Part shown: positions 1 through 12,733 of the stretch, piece after piece | Numbering within the stretch: position 1 is the stretch's first letter | How the letters are laid out: each line of letters opens with the position of its first letter | NCBI RefSeq assembly: GCF_018350175.1 | Contig: NC_058368.1 | Location: 168,332,001-168,396,000 of the forward strand | Length of the DNA stretch: 64,000 nucleotides | DNA from: Felis catus | Lineage: Eukaryota | Reading direction: 5' to 3' | Notes under the pieces: model-generated | Told to the model about the DNA's origin: nothing | The model's input: the letters and a program-made list of their open reading frames with translations, nothing else | Database searches by the model: none | Translations under genes and position numbers: made by a program

Positions 1-87
1 ACTGGGTAACATTCACAGGGCAATAATCAATCACATTACCAGTAGCAAAACTTCACTTGTGTTTCTATCAAGAAGAATTATTTGTTT

Positions 88-602
88 TTTCGAAGAGGAA
101 AGAAGTTTCCTTCTACAAGTTTAGGTGCCTGACTGGGTCTGAAAATTAAACTGACAAAGACAGATTAGCAGGAAAAAATCGTGAGTTAATTTACTATTAG
201 ATTTACATGACAAGGGAGGCTTCTTAAGGAAATGAAGACCTACAGAAGTGGTTAAGCCTGAGTGTTTGTATGCTAGATCTGATGAAAAGTGAACAGTCAT
301 GGAGAAATAAGATAGGACAGAGAGTAACACATGGTAGGTGTCATATATGGGAAACCAAGCAAGGCCTGCTTGTTTAGATTCCTCTTGGTGTCCCTCTGTC
401 TTGGAGAGAAGGATAATTCCTTTCTTCTGTGTATAGGGAGGGCACTTCTCAAAAGAGGGTCTTATGACCTACTTCGGTGAGAGAGGCCATGGAAGGGAAA
501 GTCAAAGATACATTTCTGCTTCCACTGTTTCCTCAAACTGAGCTTAAAATTTTCAATATGCAAGTTGCCATGTTTAGGGTTAGTGTGTTCTGAACCCCAT
601 CA
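88..602 (-). mobile_element. MER34-like ERV1 solo LTR
   Basis: Minus strand starts TGATGGGGTTCAGAACAC...CATGGCAACTTGCATATTGAAAATTTTAAGCT and ends CTAATCTGTCTTTGTCAGTTTAATT...GTAGAAGGAAAC, matching recalled MER34 ends. Confidence 0.7.
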
Positions 603-1541
603 TATTATTATCTGCTTACTACAACTAACAGAGCAATAAGATAGCTCTGAGACAACAAAAGATGTAGATAACAAGGAAGATTAGGCTAGAAAACACCCAG
701 CATTGCATATAACCCCCAGTAATCTCTTACGCCTCTTTTTCGAAGTCTTCTGTACTCTTTCCTGACAGATTTTCTCCCACCTCTCAGCATGCCTCTTCCC
801 CAGTATCCTCATAGAGTCAGCTCAGTGAGATCTACCCTTTCCTTTCTCCATCCTTCTCCTCCCTTAACATCAGTCCCATTCCCCTTTGGCTCCATCTACT
901 TTGTCTCTGTTAACTTTTGGAAAAACCACTAGAAACGAAATACTTTACAAGAAGCTCTTAACCCTATCTATACACCTTGCCTGCCCCAAAGTGCGGATAT
1001 GTTAAAAGAAACAATAGTAATGATGCTTGTCCTCCGTGAAATCTCTAATTCAAACTCTTTTTTAATGGGTAGCAAAATCAAGTGAAAATTCTTCAGATGG
1101 TTTATAGGGAACAAGTTTTTGATGTGGGGCAAACACATAGGCAGTCCAAACCGGACTGTTCTCGACCTTCAGAATTTCTGGCTTCACAGACAAGTTCACA
1201 GCAAAGGTTACATGATCTCTAGTGGTCAGGGAAGTAAAGGCGAGGTCAGCAGCAGCCCAGGTATATTGGTGGGTCTTAGGTAAAAGGCATGTTTAGAAAC
1301 CTGGAATTGTGTGTTCTTTGAAGGGGGCAGTGATCACTAGGTAAATGACTAAGTCATGGTGCAAGTCATCTTGACAAAATGCTACGGTGGTATGTTTCCC
1401 ATTCTGTAGAAGGTAGGGCAATTGTCATGACGTTTTTTATCTACTTAAAACAAAAGTAGATACTTTAAGGTGGTGATTTAGATTAATTTTGTAATATTTT
1501 TTATTTTTAGTTTAAAAAAAGGGTTAAAATAATTAAAACTT

Positions 1542-1762
1542 CGGACACCTGAGTGGCTCAGTCAGTTAAGCTTCTGACTTCGGCTCAGGTCACAGTCTCA
1601 AGGTTCATGGGTTTGAGCCCCATGTTGGGCTGTGTGCTGAATGCTTGCTCAGAGCCTGGAGCCTGCTTCAGATTCTATGTCTCCTTCTCTCTCTGCTCCT
1701 CCCCTTCTCGTGTTCTGTCTCACTCTCTGTCTCTCAAAAACAAATAAACATCTAAAAAATCT
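1542..1762 (+). mobile_element. Can-SINE (SINEC_Fc-like)
   Basis: tRNA-like head, (CT)n, AATAAA, A tail; TSD ttaaaataattaaaa at 1524-1538/1763-1777. Confidence 0.93.
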
Positions 1763-1917
1763 TTAAAATAATTAAAAATTCAATGTTATAGTATTTAATA
1801 TTATTTTTATTTTCACATTGTTTCATCTCCTGGCATTTTTAACATTTTGGAGTTTATTGAAACTTACTATGTATGTCTATTTTTAAGCTATTGGAAAATT
1901 TTCTCCTGCCGATTATG

Positions 1918-2413
1918 GCAACACAGCTTCTTCACTTCACTAAACTTTAGTCAGGCTCCTGAACCTTTTCCTAGGCCTATCTGTGTACTTCCTTGTAAAA
2001 TCTAGTTATAGCAAGAACTCCATTAGTTTAACAAGAACCCCCTACTCTGCGTATCTGATCGCCCCTGATATCTGATCAAGTTCACCATCCTGTACCTACT
2101 CCCCCCCCTCCCCCCGCCCCCCGTGATATCTGATCACCCTGGCCTGTCTTCAGCAAGAATCCCGTTAGGTTGGTTTAGCCAGAATCACCCTCACCTCTGA
2201 TGTTTCCTTAGTAATTCTTCATTCATGGACCTCCGTTCTGCCTCCCAGCTATAAATCGCCACCGGCCTGTGCTGTATTTGGAGTGGAGCCCAAGCTCTCC
2301 ATTGCTCACTATAAGATCCCATTGCAGTGGCCCCTACGCCTCACTTGATGGTCCTGAATAAAGTCTGCCTTACCATCTTTAACAAGTGTTATTGATTTTG
2401 ATTTTCTTTAACA
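1918..2413 (+). mobile_element. MER31-like ERV1 solo LTR
   Basis: AAACTTTAGTCAGGCTCCTGAACCTT...CTTCCTTGTAAAATC head, repeated TATCTGATC, TATAAA 2250-2255, AATAAA 2357-2362, ends TTTAACA. Confidence 0.75.
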
Positions 2414-3760
2414 ATGGTTGAGAGAGAAATTCTGTGAGGAAATTTATGTATTTGATTTTCATTAATTAAGGAAACACAAGAAAAGAAGTGAGGACTGGTG
2501 GTATCTTAGAAAAGATTCTCATTATTGTCATTTTTGAGAGAAAGCAATCAATAAAGATTAGTATTCATTTTACCATCTTTTCAATCCCTAATTTTATGAT
2601 CTGCTATCTTCAGACAGCTAGAATTTATTTCTAGCTCTCATCACTTTCCTTTCTCCAAACGGAATTTCTAAGAATATTTTGAGGAAGTGCCAAAGGTATA
2701 TGTCAAAGCCATACCATTAACAAATTTTTCTCATTTGCTCTCATTTGCCTCTGACGGGAGTTAATGACTCACCCCAGCTGTGTCAAAAAGTCATAAACAA
2801 TATCCACCATTGCCCAAATCTTTTAAATGATCCTCAAAGCTTGTAAGATATCAATTGTATCTTTGAAAGACACTAAAATAGGTTTCCTCTTTTTATACAT
2901 CTGGTAGAAATCTTAAGGATATACATGGCAAATTTTGAAATTGAATATGACAAGATTCCCTCATTTGAAGAACTAACAAGGGGGAGCAGCCAGAAATAAA
3001 CAATTAGCTAGGAAAGAGACAGAATAAAAGGAATACTGAGGATGAGGAGTAAAACAAGTCTTTCGGAAGGCCGGAAAAAAAAGGATCAACTAATCCCAAG
3101 GAGGGAGTGAGAGAGATCTTTTGAAAAGACTTCTTCAGAATAGGGTAGCTGAAGGGGTTTTAAAGGATGATACTGATAATGACAACAATTAACATTTGTT
3201 AGTTAGACGCACATCAATGCTGCCTATTGGTGGTCTAAGGCTGGAATGAAAGATAACCTGGGAAAGGTAATTTAAATCCTGGTTATGTAAAGTCTGGAAT
3301 TACACCTAAGGAATCAGCAATAGATAGGAAAACCTTAGCAGATCTTGACTGGCATAACCTGCCAGACAAGTCACTGTTCTCCTCACTCGATATCCTGGTT
3401 TCTCTACTCTTCCCAGGTTAGTATTTTTATGCTCTCTCAGCTGCTATCACACAACTACCCACAGCTTTTCAGTGAATTTAGTGACCCTTCAAAAATCCTA
3501 CTTGTCACAATTAACAATTATAAAAAGTACACAATCTTCCACCTATATCAACCCCACAGTTTTACGTAAGAGTAGGAAAAGAAGTTTTGTTCTTGTGATT
3601 GGTGGTGATAGTGTCAGAATTTCCTAGGAGAGGTTTCAGTTACTTCTTAGAAAAATACTAATAGTTTGTGTAACCCAAAACTCACTCTGGCCCCTTGCCT
3701 TCCAAAATTTTTCCATTTTGATTCTACCTTCAGTCAGTGGGTACTTCCCCTACTACCCCC

Positions 3761-3761
<1 letters not shown>

Positions 3762-3804
<43 letters not shown>
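3762..3804. repeat. (CA)n microsatellite
   Basis: ~21 perfect AC units. Confidence 0.97.
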
Positions 3805-3805
<1 letters not shown>

Positions 3806-4814
3806 CCTCTTTGGGATGGTAATAGTGCATTTAATTGGTTTAAAGGCAGCTATCCAAATCCCTCAGATGGAGATAGGATTCATTAACATCTCAATGATGG
3901 CTATCTCTAATCTATACCTTTTCTGCTATGCAAAGGAAAAGTCTATTTAAATCCATTAATTCTCTGATAGAGCCTCCACCAGGTCATTTATAAAGATGCT
4001 AAGTAAGACGGATACTACCACTAATCCTTAAGAAATGAACTCTTCACACTTCTCATTTATCTCCTCCATTCGCTTCCTTCCTCCAGGCCAGCTATCAGTT
4101 TTCAGCAAATCCCACCCATTTCCCTGTCTTTTATGGTGAATCATTAGGAAAATTATAACGTCAGTCCTTAGTCCCCTTTATCCACATTTTCTGCTTGGTA
4201 GAATTCCAATAAAGCGAAAGTTCACTATATATTCACTTAAATTTTATATGATTTTCACCAAAGTACATTTCACCAATGTACTTGTTTTTTGTTCGTTTGT
4301 TTGTTTTTGTTTTTCCGTTTGGTAATCCTACCATTTATAAACCCACTAATTTCTGTGCATAAGAAAGTAGGAGAAAGTTAAGGCAGGTTACTTCTCCTGG
4401 AGTCAATTTCCTTATCTGTAAAAAGGTCTGCACCACAGACCTTTTAAAAGGTTAATGAGCAATTAGGAGTGAGAGGCCTTACCTAACACAAGGTCTGCAG
4501 GTTCTTAATCACGTGTTCTTCTCCAGCCCAGCTGGAAACTGCCTCTTCTCTGGCACACCATGGATCTTCTCTTACTGGCTTCTGAGGGTCTATCGGCATC
4601 ATAGGTTTGTGGGGTCTGGCCAACAGTCATTGAGTTTTATCCTCAAATGTCTTCACAGTTCCCAGATATTTTACTCATTTTTTTTCTGCCTTAAATCCTT
4701 TGATTAACCAAGCAGAGTAGTACACAAACACATGCATGTATTTTTTCAACGGAACTTGCAGCATTTTAGATGAATCTCTGTTTGATTTAGTAACTCACAT
4801 ATACACAGTTTGGG

Positions 4815-5270
4815 TGATCATTTATTCGTTCAATCAGCAAATAGTTTGAGCATCTACTCAGAATTGAACACTTCGAAGATAGTGCTGAATAAAGCTTTCT
4901 TAACGTACCTGCTCCCAGGGAACTTAGATTGTAGAAAAAAGAGTATGTATGTTGGGGGCTGAGAGCTATTTTAGATAAGGTGGTTATGGATAGCCTCTAG
5001 ATTAAGTAACACTTGAACAGAGCAAGGAATGCAATATGTAAGTAGGCTATGCTGTTATCTGTTGGTGGGAGGGAATGGAGAGTCCAGTAAATGCAAAGGC
5101 CCCCGAGGTGTGAATCCCAGAACAGCAAGGAGACAGTATGACTAAATCAGAGTGACTAAAGGCAGAGTATAGTAAAAGTTACAGTGGTAGGTAAGAGCAA
5201 TTTCATGAATGATCTTCTTAACCATGATAATAACTTTGGACTTCATTCTGAATGGTGTGGAAAACCACTA
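4815..5270 (-). mobile_element. L2 LINE 3' fragment
   Basis: Degenerate (CATT)n tail followed by L2-like CCTGCTCCCAGGGAACTTAGATTGTAG ... GACTTCATTCTGAATG...GGAAAACCACT. Confidence 0.55.
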
Positions 5271-5399
5271 GGCAGAATTCCATTTCCAGGTGGATTTCTC
5301 TGCTTTAAAAAAGGACAAATGCTGAAAATCAACTCAATCTGTACACCATTTTATTTCTACCCTGGAGCAGACTTTTAATTGTATGATAATAATCTGATG

Positions 5400-5722
5400 T
5401 AGAGATCAGCAAACATTTTCTGTAAAGGACCAGATAATAAATATTATAGACATTTAGTTCCATGTAGTTTCTGTTGCAACTACTCAACTTTGTTTTTGTA
5501 GTGCATAAGCACCCATGGATAGAAGGATGTGGAACACCAGTAAAACTCCATAGACACTGAAATTTGAATTTCATATAATTTTTGTGTATCAGGAAATGCT
5601 GTTTTTCTTCTGATTTTTTCCCCACACATTTAAAAATGTAGAAACCATTCTTAGCTCATGGGCCATACAGAAATATGTGTTGGCCCAGATTTGGCCCACA
5701 AGTCATAGTTTGCCAACCTCTG
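5400..5722. mobile_element. MER58-like hAT-Charlie DNA transposon relic
   Basis: Imperfect TIRs TAGAGATCAGCAAAC / GTTTGCCAACCTCTG; internal TTTTCTGTAAAGGACCAGATAATAAATATT. Confidence 0.8.
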
Positions 5723-6118
5723 ACTCAACCATAACTTATTATAATAATTAGGTTTTTATTAATTTGGCAGAAAGAGGAAAATTAATTCCATTTGAAATCT
5801 CTTGAGTAATGCATTTATATATTTAAGACAAACATACTTGAAAATGTACTGAAATCTTCTTAGGTGAATACAATAGTAAGTCTTTATGGCCAGAAATATA
5901 TAAGATTATATATAAAATAGGAAAACATATATAGATTTCGTAAGTAATCTGAAAAAGATACCTATGTTTTAATAGCTCAGAAGTAAAACATAGGGTATAT
6001 CCAGAAATAAAGCTGTAAATGTGGATTTTTCTCAAGAATCTAATGCCAGAGTGGACTTTAGGCAATAGATGACTACCATCACTGAGTAATTTCCAGGGTG
6101 ATGGACAAGTTTCAGTGC

Positions 6119-6610
6119 TGTTAGAGTAGGCAGTTAATTAGGTCTTAACAAGATAGCTGGAGGTCAGCAAGGAGGATGTCATGGCCAGCTATCATGAAAG
6201 TCAGAGGTCTGTCCATGCAGTACCCCAGAAGAGGTCAGATCTAACCAGACAGGCCCAAGATGACAGACACCATGACAGGAAACCCTTGACCAAATTAGGA
6301 AGAAAAAGCAGGAAACCCTGCTTTCCACCCCAAGTAAAAAGTATTCTGCACCCTAGTTAATAACTGTCAATAAAAGTTAGAAACCAACCCCCAGGGTGCC
6401 CAAATCTTTCTTTAGAACTCACCGGCTCTCCTCATATCTCAAGAGTGGACTTTTTGCTTTAATAAACTTTCCCACTTGTGTTATTCATCCATCTGCTCTG
6501 TTTTGTCTCCTTGAATTCATTCTTGTGGACCAAAAACCTTGGGTGACTCCTTGTAGTTTGGCTGCATCAAGGCCCCAGGGTTCAGGGACTCCCCAGTTCA
6601 CCCAGCAACA
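6119..6610 (+). mobile_element. ERV1-class solo LTR (MER50-like start)
   Basis: TGTT...AACA termini, starts TGTTAGAGTAGGCAG, AATAAA at ~6461 followed by U5-like sequence. Confidence 0.65.
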
Positions 6611-7049
6611 GCACATTCCCAAAGACTTTCACTATCAATTCATGATACCTGAAGTTTCTTTAAACAGATGAATCTTTTTATTCCATAAATATAAAGTTTA
6701 AAATAGAGTTAAGTTTTGAAAGATAACAATAGGTATGCATACCATGGTTATAGCTGAAAACTTTCAAGTACGTGCATTTACATGAATAGTTTTACAGGAT
6801 ATCAATATCCTTATGTTTTTCCAAAATTGAGCTCTCTGAAATGGCCAACTCCCCATTGTTATACAAGGATGGCATGCCTATCTTCCTCTCCATCTCAAAT
6901 CTTACTACAGTGCTTGGCTCTGAAATGTAAATACTTCTGAGGAGCCAAACAAAGAAATATTCAAGTTTTTGTTCAAGGAAACCCCTGTCAATTGTTAATT
7001 AAGGCATATGTATCTTAATATGCCTTTCTGTTAAAGGTGAAGTTCTGAG

Positions 7050-7150
7050 TGGCCCCTAGCTGGGTCAGTCAGTAAAGCATGTGACTCTCCATCTCAGGGT
7101 TGTGAATTCAAGCCCCACATTGGGTGTAGAGAGTACTTAAAAATAAAATC
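7050..7150 (+). mobile_element. short tRNA-derived SINE (head plus tail, no CT tract), tail interrupted by a younger SINE
   Basis: A/B-box head; 16-bp TSD aaggtgaagttctgag at 7034-7049/7397-7412 brackets both elements. Confidence 0.8.
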
Positions 7151-7156
7151 TTTTTT

Positions 7157-7377
7157 TTTTTTTAATTTTTTTTTCAACGTTTATTTATTTTTGGGACAGA
7201 GAGAGACAGAGCATGAACGGGGGAGGGGCAGAGAGAGAGGGAGACACAGAATCGGAAACAGGCTCCAGGCTCTGAGCCATCAGCCCAGAGCCTGACGCGG
7301 GGCTTGAACTCACGGACCGCGAGATCGTGACCTGGCTGAAGTCGGACGCTTAACCGACTGCGCCACCCAGGCGCCCC
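7157..7377 (-). mobile_element. young Can-SINE (SINEC_Fc-like)
   Basis: CpG-rich copy; TSD taaaatctttttt at 7144-7156/7378-7390. Confidence 0.96.
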
Positions 7378-7691
7378 TAAAATCTTTTTTAAAAAGAAGG
7401 TGAAGTTCTGAGAAATAGGGTGTTTGACCCATGTTGAAGCATTGAATTCACAATAGGAAAGGAAGTGTGGATAATGATTCTTATTCTTTTAAACAGAAAT
7501 GGCATGCTTTGTGAAGCTACCAAAATTTTGAGGTATATTGGATAAAACCCACAGATAAAAATGTAATATCACTTCTTTAGGTGGAATATGCTTATTCAAA
7601 AAGGTAGTTTAGACCTGTTTCATCAAATCTTATCTTCATTCATTGATTCCAATTATAATCAATCATCAATTTAATCTTATAAAATATTTAA

Positions 7692-7913
7692 GGGGCGCCT
7701 GGGTGACTCAGTCGGTTGAGCGACCAACTTTGGCTCAGGTCACGATCTCACAGTTTGTGAGTTTGAGCCCTGCGTCGGGCTCTGTGCTGACAGCTCAGAG
7801 CCTGGAGTCTGCTTTGGATTCTGTGTCTCCCTCTCTCTCTGTCCCTCCCCCACTCATGCTCTGTCTCTCTCTGTCTCAGAAATAAATAAACATAAAAAAC
7901 ATTTTTTAAATAA
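7692..7913 (+). mobile_element. Can-SINE
   Basis: GGGGCGCCTGGGTG head; TSD ataaaatatttaa at 7679-7691/7914-7926. Confidence 0.95.
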
Positions 7914-8229
7914 ATAAAATATTTAATATTCGGTATCTTCCATTAACAAGCAACAAACATTTAAATGTATGATAACATTTTAGCTGTTAAAAATGGGCAA
8001 GAGGGTACACAGATTTCCATATTTATTTCAAAACTTTTGAAAACAATTGGCCTAGAGAACTGGGAGGGGCACTTGGTCACTGCCGGGAGAGCAGGAAGAC
8101 TGGGAGAGGGGGAGACCTTGGGAAATTTGGAGACAGCACAAAGAGGTTGCTGAAAAACCCCAACACACACACATCTATTTTGCAATTTTCCCACAGAGCA
8201 GCCCTAATGCCATCTACTAAATCTACCCC

Positions 8230-8626
8230 CTTCCTGCCCCTCCATTTGAGATTGGGCAAAACAGAAGGGAAGTGGAAACCAGCTTTATTGGGGATTTCTT
8301 GGGCAGAGTAACAGTTTAGGGTTGGCTAGTTTGAATAATTGCAGCCCCAGATCTATAGAGGTGGTCTCTGGTTGTCTGTACCTGGCCCTGGGATAGTTTA
8401 AGGCAGGGGAAATATTGGCTTGGGGTGTGAGAGTTAGACAAGGAACTGGTTGGGACTATTGATTTGGGAGTGACTGGTGTGCATAAGAAGATGTGCTCCC
8501 AGCCCAGTCTTTGCCCTCTGAAAGAATTGGCTAGTCCTGGGAGGGTCAGTCTCTCCCACGCTAGCAAGCTTTGTAAGATGTCAAAACATCACAAAATAGA
8601 GAAAAGTTTTAAAAAATGATTAATCA
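8230..8626 (-). mobile_element. ERV1-class LTR fragment (family uncertain)
   Basis: Minus strand TGATTAATCATTTT...TGATGTTTTGACATCTT...CCCTCCCAGGACTAGCCAATTC; CAATAAAG at ~8282-8290; left boundary approximate. Confidence 0.5.
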
Positions 8627-8658
8627 AGTTATTTGCTCATATCTTTTGCTCACTTCTT

Positions 8659-8865
8659 TAAATTTTAACATTTATTTATTTTTGAGACAGAGAGAGACAG
8701 CATGAATGGGGGAGGGTCAGAGAGAGAGGGAGACACAGAATCTGAAGCAGGCTCCAGGCTCTGAGCTGTCAGCACAGAGCCCGACGTGGGGCTCGAACTC
8801 ACGGAACACAAGATCATGACCTGAGCCAAAATCAGATGCTTACCGACTGAGCCACCCAGGCACCC
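8659..8865 (-). mobile_element. Can-SINE inserted in an old L1 fragment
   Basis: 17-bp TSD tcttttgctcacttctt at 8642-8658/8866-8882. Confidence 0.95.
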
Positions 8866-9013
8866 TCTTTTGCTCACTTCTTAATTGAGTTGTTTGTCTT
8901 CTTACTACTCAGTGGTAAGAGTTCTTTGTAAATTCTGGATAAACACAGATTTGTGTTGTGCAAATACTTTCTCCCAGTCTTTGACATGTCTTTTTGTTAA
9001 TGATTAGACAATT

Positions 9014-9188
9014 ATTTTTTTAAAGTTTATTTATTCTAGGAGAGAGAGAAAGAGAGAGAGAATCCCAAGCAGCCTCCACACTGTAAGTACAGAGCCCATG
9101 TGGTGCTCGATCTCATGACCCATCAGATCATGACCTGAGCCAAAATCGGGAGTTGGACACTTAACCAACTGAGCCATCCAAGCGCTCC
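9014..9188 (-). mobile_element. Can-SINE (older, diverged)
   Basis: SINEC body; TSD attagacaatt at 9003-9013/9190-9200. Confidence 0.88.
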
Positions 9189-9244
9189 AATTAGACAATT
9201 ATTATTGAATTCACTATATCTTTCCTTAGTATAAAATTACTTAG

Positions 9245-9420
9245 TTCATTGATTCTTAATCCTGACTCACACATTTAAAACCACCTGAACAACAAATATC
9301 TTTGCCTGCCGCCTCCAAAGTTCTGATTTCATTTTTCACTGTACCTCCTCCCCCCCCCCCCAATTGTTTTTTTCAAGTTCCTTAAGTGATTCTTATGGGT
9401 AGCCAGGAATGAAAACCACC
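9245..9420. mobile_element. MER5-like hAT relic
   Basis: GATTCTTAATCCTGACT...ACCACCTG...TTCTGATTT...CAAGTTCC...GTGATTCTTATG...GCCAGG...AAAACCAC. Confidence 0.5.
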
Positions 9421-9564
9421 ATGTTGGAGAAAACATGTAACAAGACTTTTATAGGCATGAAAGTAGTCAAAGGAACTGACTTGTTTGATATTCTCTGTTC
9501 CCACCAATCCCCAGCTACCTGATCAACTCTCTTCGGTATCAGGATCTGATTACTTCTCCTCTGG

Positions 9565-9795
9565 ACACGTTCCTAGATGCCAAGTCCAGTGTTTGGCACT
9601 TTTATGTATATCATCAAATTTAATTCTCCCGACATCTCTTGAGGGAGTAGATATAATCCCCTCTTCAGCAGATAAAGGAAATAAGGTTGAGAGAAACCAA
9701 GCAAATCAATTACAAATACACAGTTAACAGGGAGTAGGGACAAAAAACTTGAACTCTGTATTCTGACTCTAAAACCTGTGTTCTTTCATCTATCC
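9565..9795 (-). mobile_element. MIR
   Basis: TTTAATTCTC...CAGATAAAGGAAATAAGGTTGAGAGA...CTTGAACTC...TCTGACTCTAAAACCTGTGTTCTTT core. Confidence 0.6.
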
Positions 9796-12733
9796 CTCAA
9801 TTTCACAACCACAAGGCAGCACCAGGTTGAGTCAATTCTCATTACATGATGTCGTTCTTCATCAGAGAACACCACCTCATGTCTTAAGGCTTGGAGAAAG
9901 AACAGGGTATTTGAAGTGGAAACGAAGACTACAGCTTCATGCAAAACTTCTTCAATAATTAATTCCCTAGTGCCTTTGAGATTTACTAAAGCAGATCTCT
10001 CACAAGAAGCCAGTAACTGTTAAAAGTGAAAAAGAAGCTGTGAGACCCAGAAAATTTTCATGTTTAAGAAATTCACCCTCACTTTTTAAACTAGGCTACT
10101 AGGAGGGGAAAACCCTTCATTAAAAAAACCTCTTTCTAGCTCAGAGGAAGGAAAAAAACTTCTATTAAGTAGAAGAGAAAGAAGTAGTTTCCGGGACAGC
10201 CTCCGAAAGTATTCCCCAGGGCCTCCTTTGGAATTTTCAATTTACGTCCTTATGGTCAGGCAGACAAGAAAGAAAATACTGAGAAAGAAAAAAAAATCAA
10301 ATTACTCTGAAGCCTCTCATTTAGAAAAATCTACCAAGGTCTTTAAGAATATAAATTTGGCAAAGAAAGAGGAACGTCTTTTAAAAATTCTCCTAATTTT
10401 CCAGAACCTCTAAAGCTTTCACAAAGACTCTTCAGAATGTTTAAAGCTCCATTGATCAAGAAAGAATTCACTGACAATTTAAGCAAATAGGCATTTATTT
10501 GGGCAATTAGAATTGCAATTTGGGAGACAGAGATTCAGGTAGAAACCTGGATCATGTTCCGGGGAAGAAAAGGAGGGGGCAGAGTAGTAGTAAAAAACTA
10601 CTAGTATAGTCCTCATTCAGGCCCTCTATGATCAGGGATTAAAACCAGGTTAACTGGGATTGGTTGGATTAATATGCAAATGAGAGACTGAAACTTCTTA
10701 AAACACTGGCACTGGTTCCTTTTGAAGGGAAGAATGCAGATCACTAAGGTGTCTTGATGAGGAGGAAGTTAAGTCTCGGCTGAGGACCTACAGCTGGCTG
10801 AAAAGTTGTTTTTTTAAGTTCATGGTTTCCCTGATGAGGACTTGAATACATTCCACCTCCCTTATGGCCTCCTTAACCTAGTTTTAAAAAAAGACTCTTT
10901 TAGTTAGGCTTGTTTGCTCCACTTTAAAATCTCCTTTTACAACTCAAATGAAGAAAATGGTAGAACTTACTTAAAAACATACAGTCTTAGGTCTTTTAAG
11001 ACTATGAGTAAGTAAGTATATTTGTAGGGAAAATAGACAAGCTCCATGAAAACTTCCAAGAAAAGAAAAGAAAAAAGCCCAGGTGCAAAATAAAGAGAGG
11101 ACAACACAAAGACAACACAAAGAGAATACATTTAGTGGGAAAAAATGAGTAAATTCATGTAAAAATCTACTGAGATGTTTGAGGATATGGATTATACCAA
11201 CCTGACATTTTTAGGCCAGGCTGCTAGAAAGATAAGAGGCATCAGCGTTGGATGAAAAGTTCACAGAAGTAATTATTTAAAAAAATTCCCCCCCCCCCAA
11301 AAAAAAGAAAAAAGAAAGAAAAAGAAGAGAAAGAAGAAAAGCCATTGTTCAAGATTTCCTAAATAATTAATTCCCCAGCGCCTTCAATAATTAAGATAAA
11401 CTACTTCAGAGGGGGAAAATACTGGAGAAAGAAAAAAGAGTATTGAAGAAACTATTTTTGCAAAATGACAGGTTTTCTAAATGTAGTGTAGTATTTAAAG
11501 CTATACATTTAGAGGAGAGGGTTTTTAATGTAAATATTTTGTAAATAAATTAATATGGTATTAAAAAACAAACCCATCCTAGGCTTTATACTATGCAAAT
11601 ACAAAGAAGATTCAGTTTCTCTTTTTAGCTAACTTATCAGTCTGGGTAATTGATTCCCAACCATAGTCTCATATTAGAATCACATAGGGGAATTAAAAAC
11701 AAAATGTATATGCCAGTCCTCACCTTCCAGAGATTTTGATTTAGTTGGTCTGGTATAGAGAATTTACACTATTTAAAAAAAATATTCAGAGGCGATTCTT
11801 TCAAACTATTCTCGTGGACATAGCAGAGGTAGAGGACCAATGGTAGCACAGAATGGAGGATATGTATTAAGAAACTGTTATGGCCAATTTGACAGGATAA
11901 TTTTGTGCTATAGAATTTAATGGTAAAATATTTTGGCTTGTATTTTATTTGCTTTTATTTTTATTTCTTTTTCTAATTAATTGCTTTTTAATTTACCAAC
12001 CTATTGGTCTACAATAAAGTGAAATCTCAAAATCAAGAATCACTATTATAAAGGCCTTAAAATATTTTCAACATGGATTTTAAAGATTTTGCTGAAAATA
12101 TAGAAAAGTCTTTTTCTAGCAGAAAGAGCAAATTACTTTTTCTTTGTGATGGAAGTAATAGATGTTGTAAAGTAAAAAGGGTGTTCAGAAATTAACTATA
12201 CAGAGAAGTGTAGGCAATAGCGTGAGCAAAGGCCCTTGCGGTAATCATACAGACCCCAGAGGAGGTCTAGAGGGCAGGAAGAGAAAGTGGTCAGCATCTT
12301 TGTCCTTGATAGGTGGAAGTGGTTAGCTGTGTGCCTCTGTGGAAGGCCCCAGCTTCTGTCAGATGCCCCTTCCATTTCCCTCCTGCTTGTTTTATCTGCT
12401 CCCTTTACTAATTTCTCAGGCCAATGATTGCCAACCTCTACCCACTTTCCTTAAATCCTACCCATGTCTTAAAGTGTTGTCATATTACCCTGTTTAAGGG
12501 TGGCATCTTCTTCAAACAGGCCCCTGACAAACACTATCTCCACATTCTAATACTTAAAAGCAAGACAAAGCCACACATGTCCCGATTTCCTTGTTTGCTT
12601 GAATGCAAACATGAATGAGATTCTACCAATCGGATGTAACCTTCTGGGATTTGCATTTGGGGCTGAATTTTGCCGGGAAACAGGTGGGGTACAGGACATC
12701 TTTTCTGCTGTCATGGATTATTGGAGAGGGAGT

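Noticed and set aside
7050..7150. Possible tRNA gene (also 53065-53180, 60490-60604)
   Set aside because: Degenerate stems, A tail and TSDs indicate retroposed SINE-type copies.
10450..10925. Probable old ERV1 LTR on minus strand
   Set aside because: Suggestive only; could not fix family or boundaries from sequence alone.
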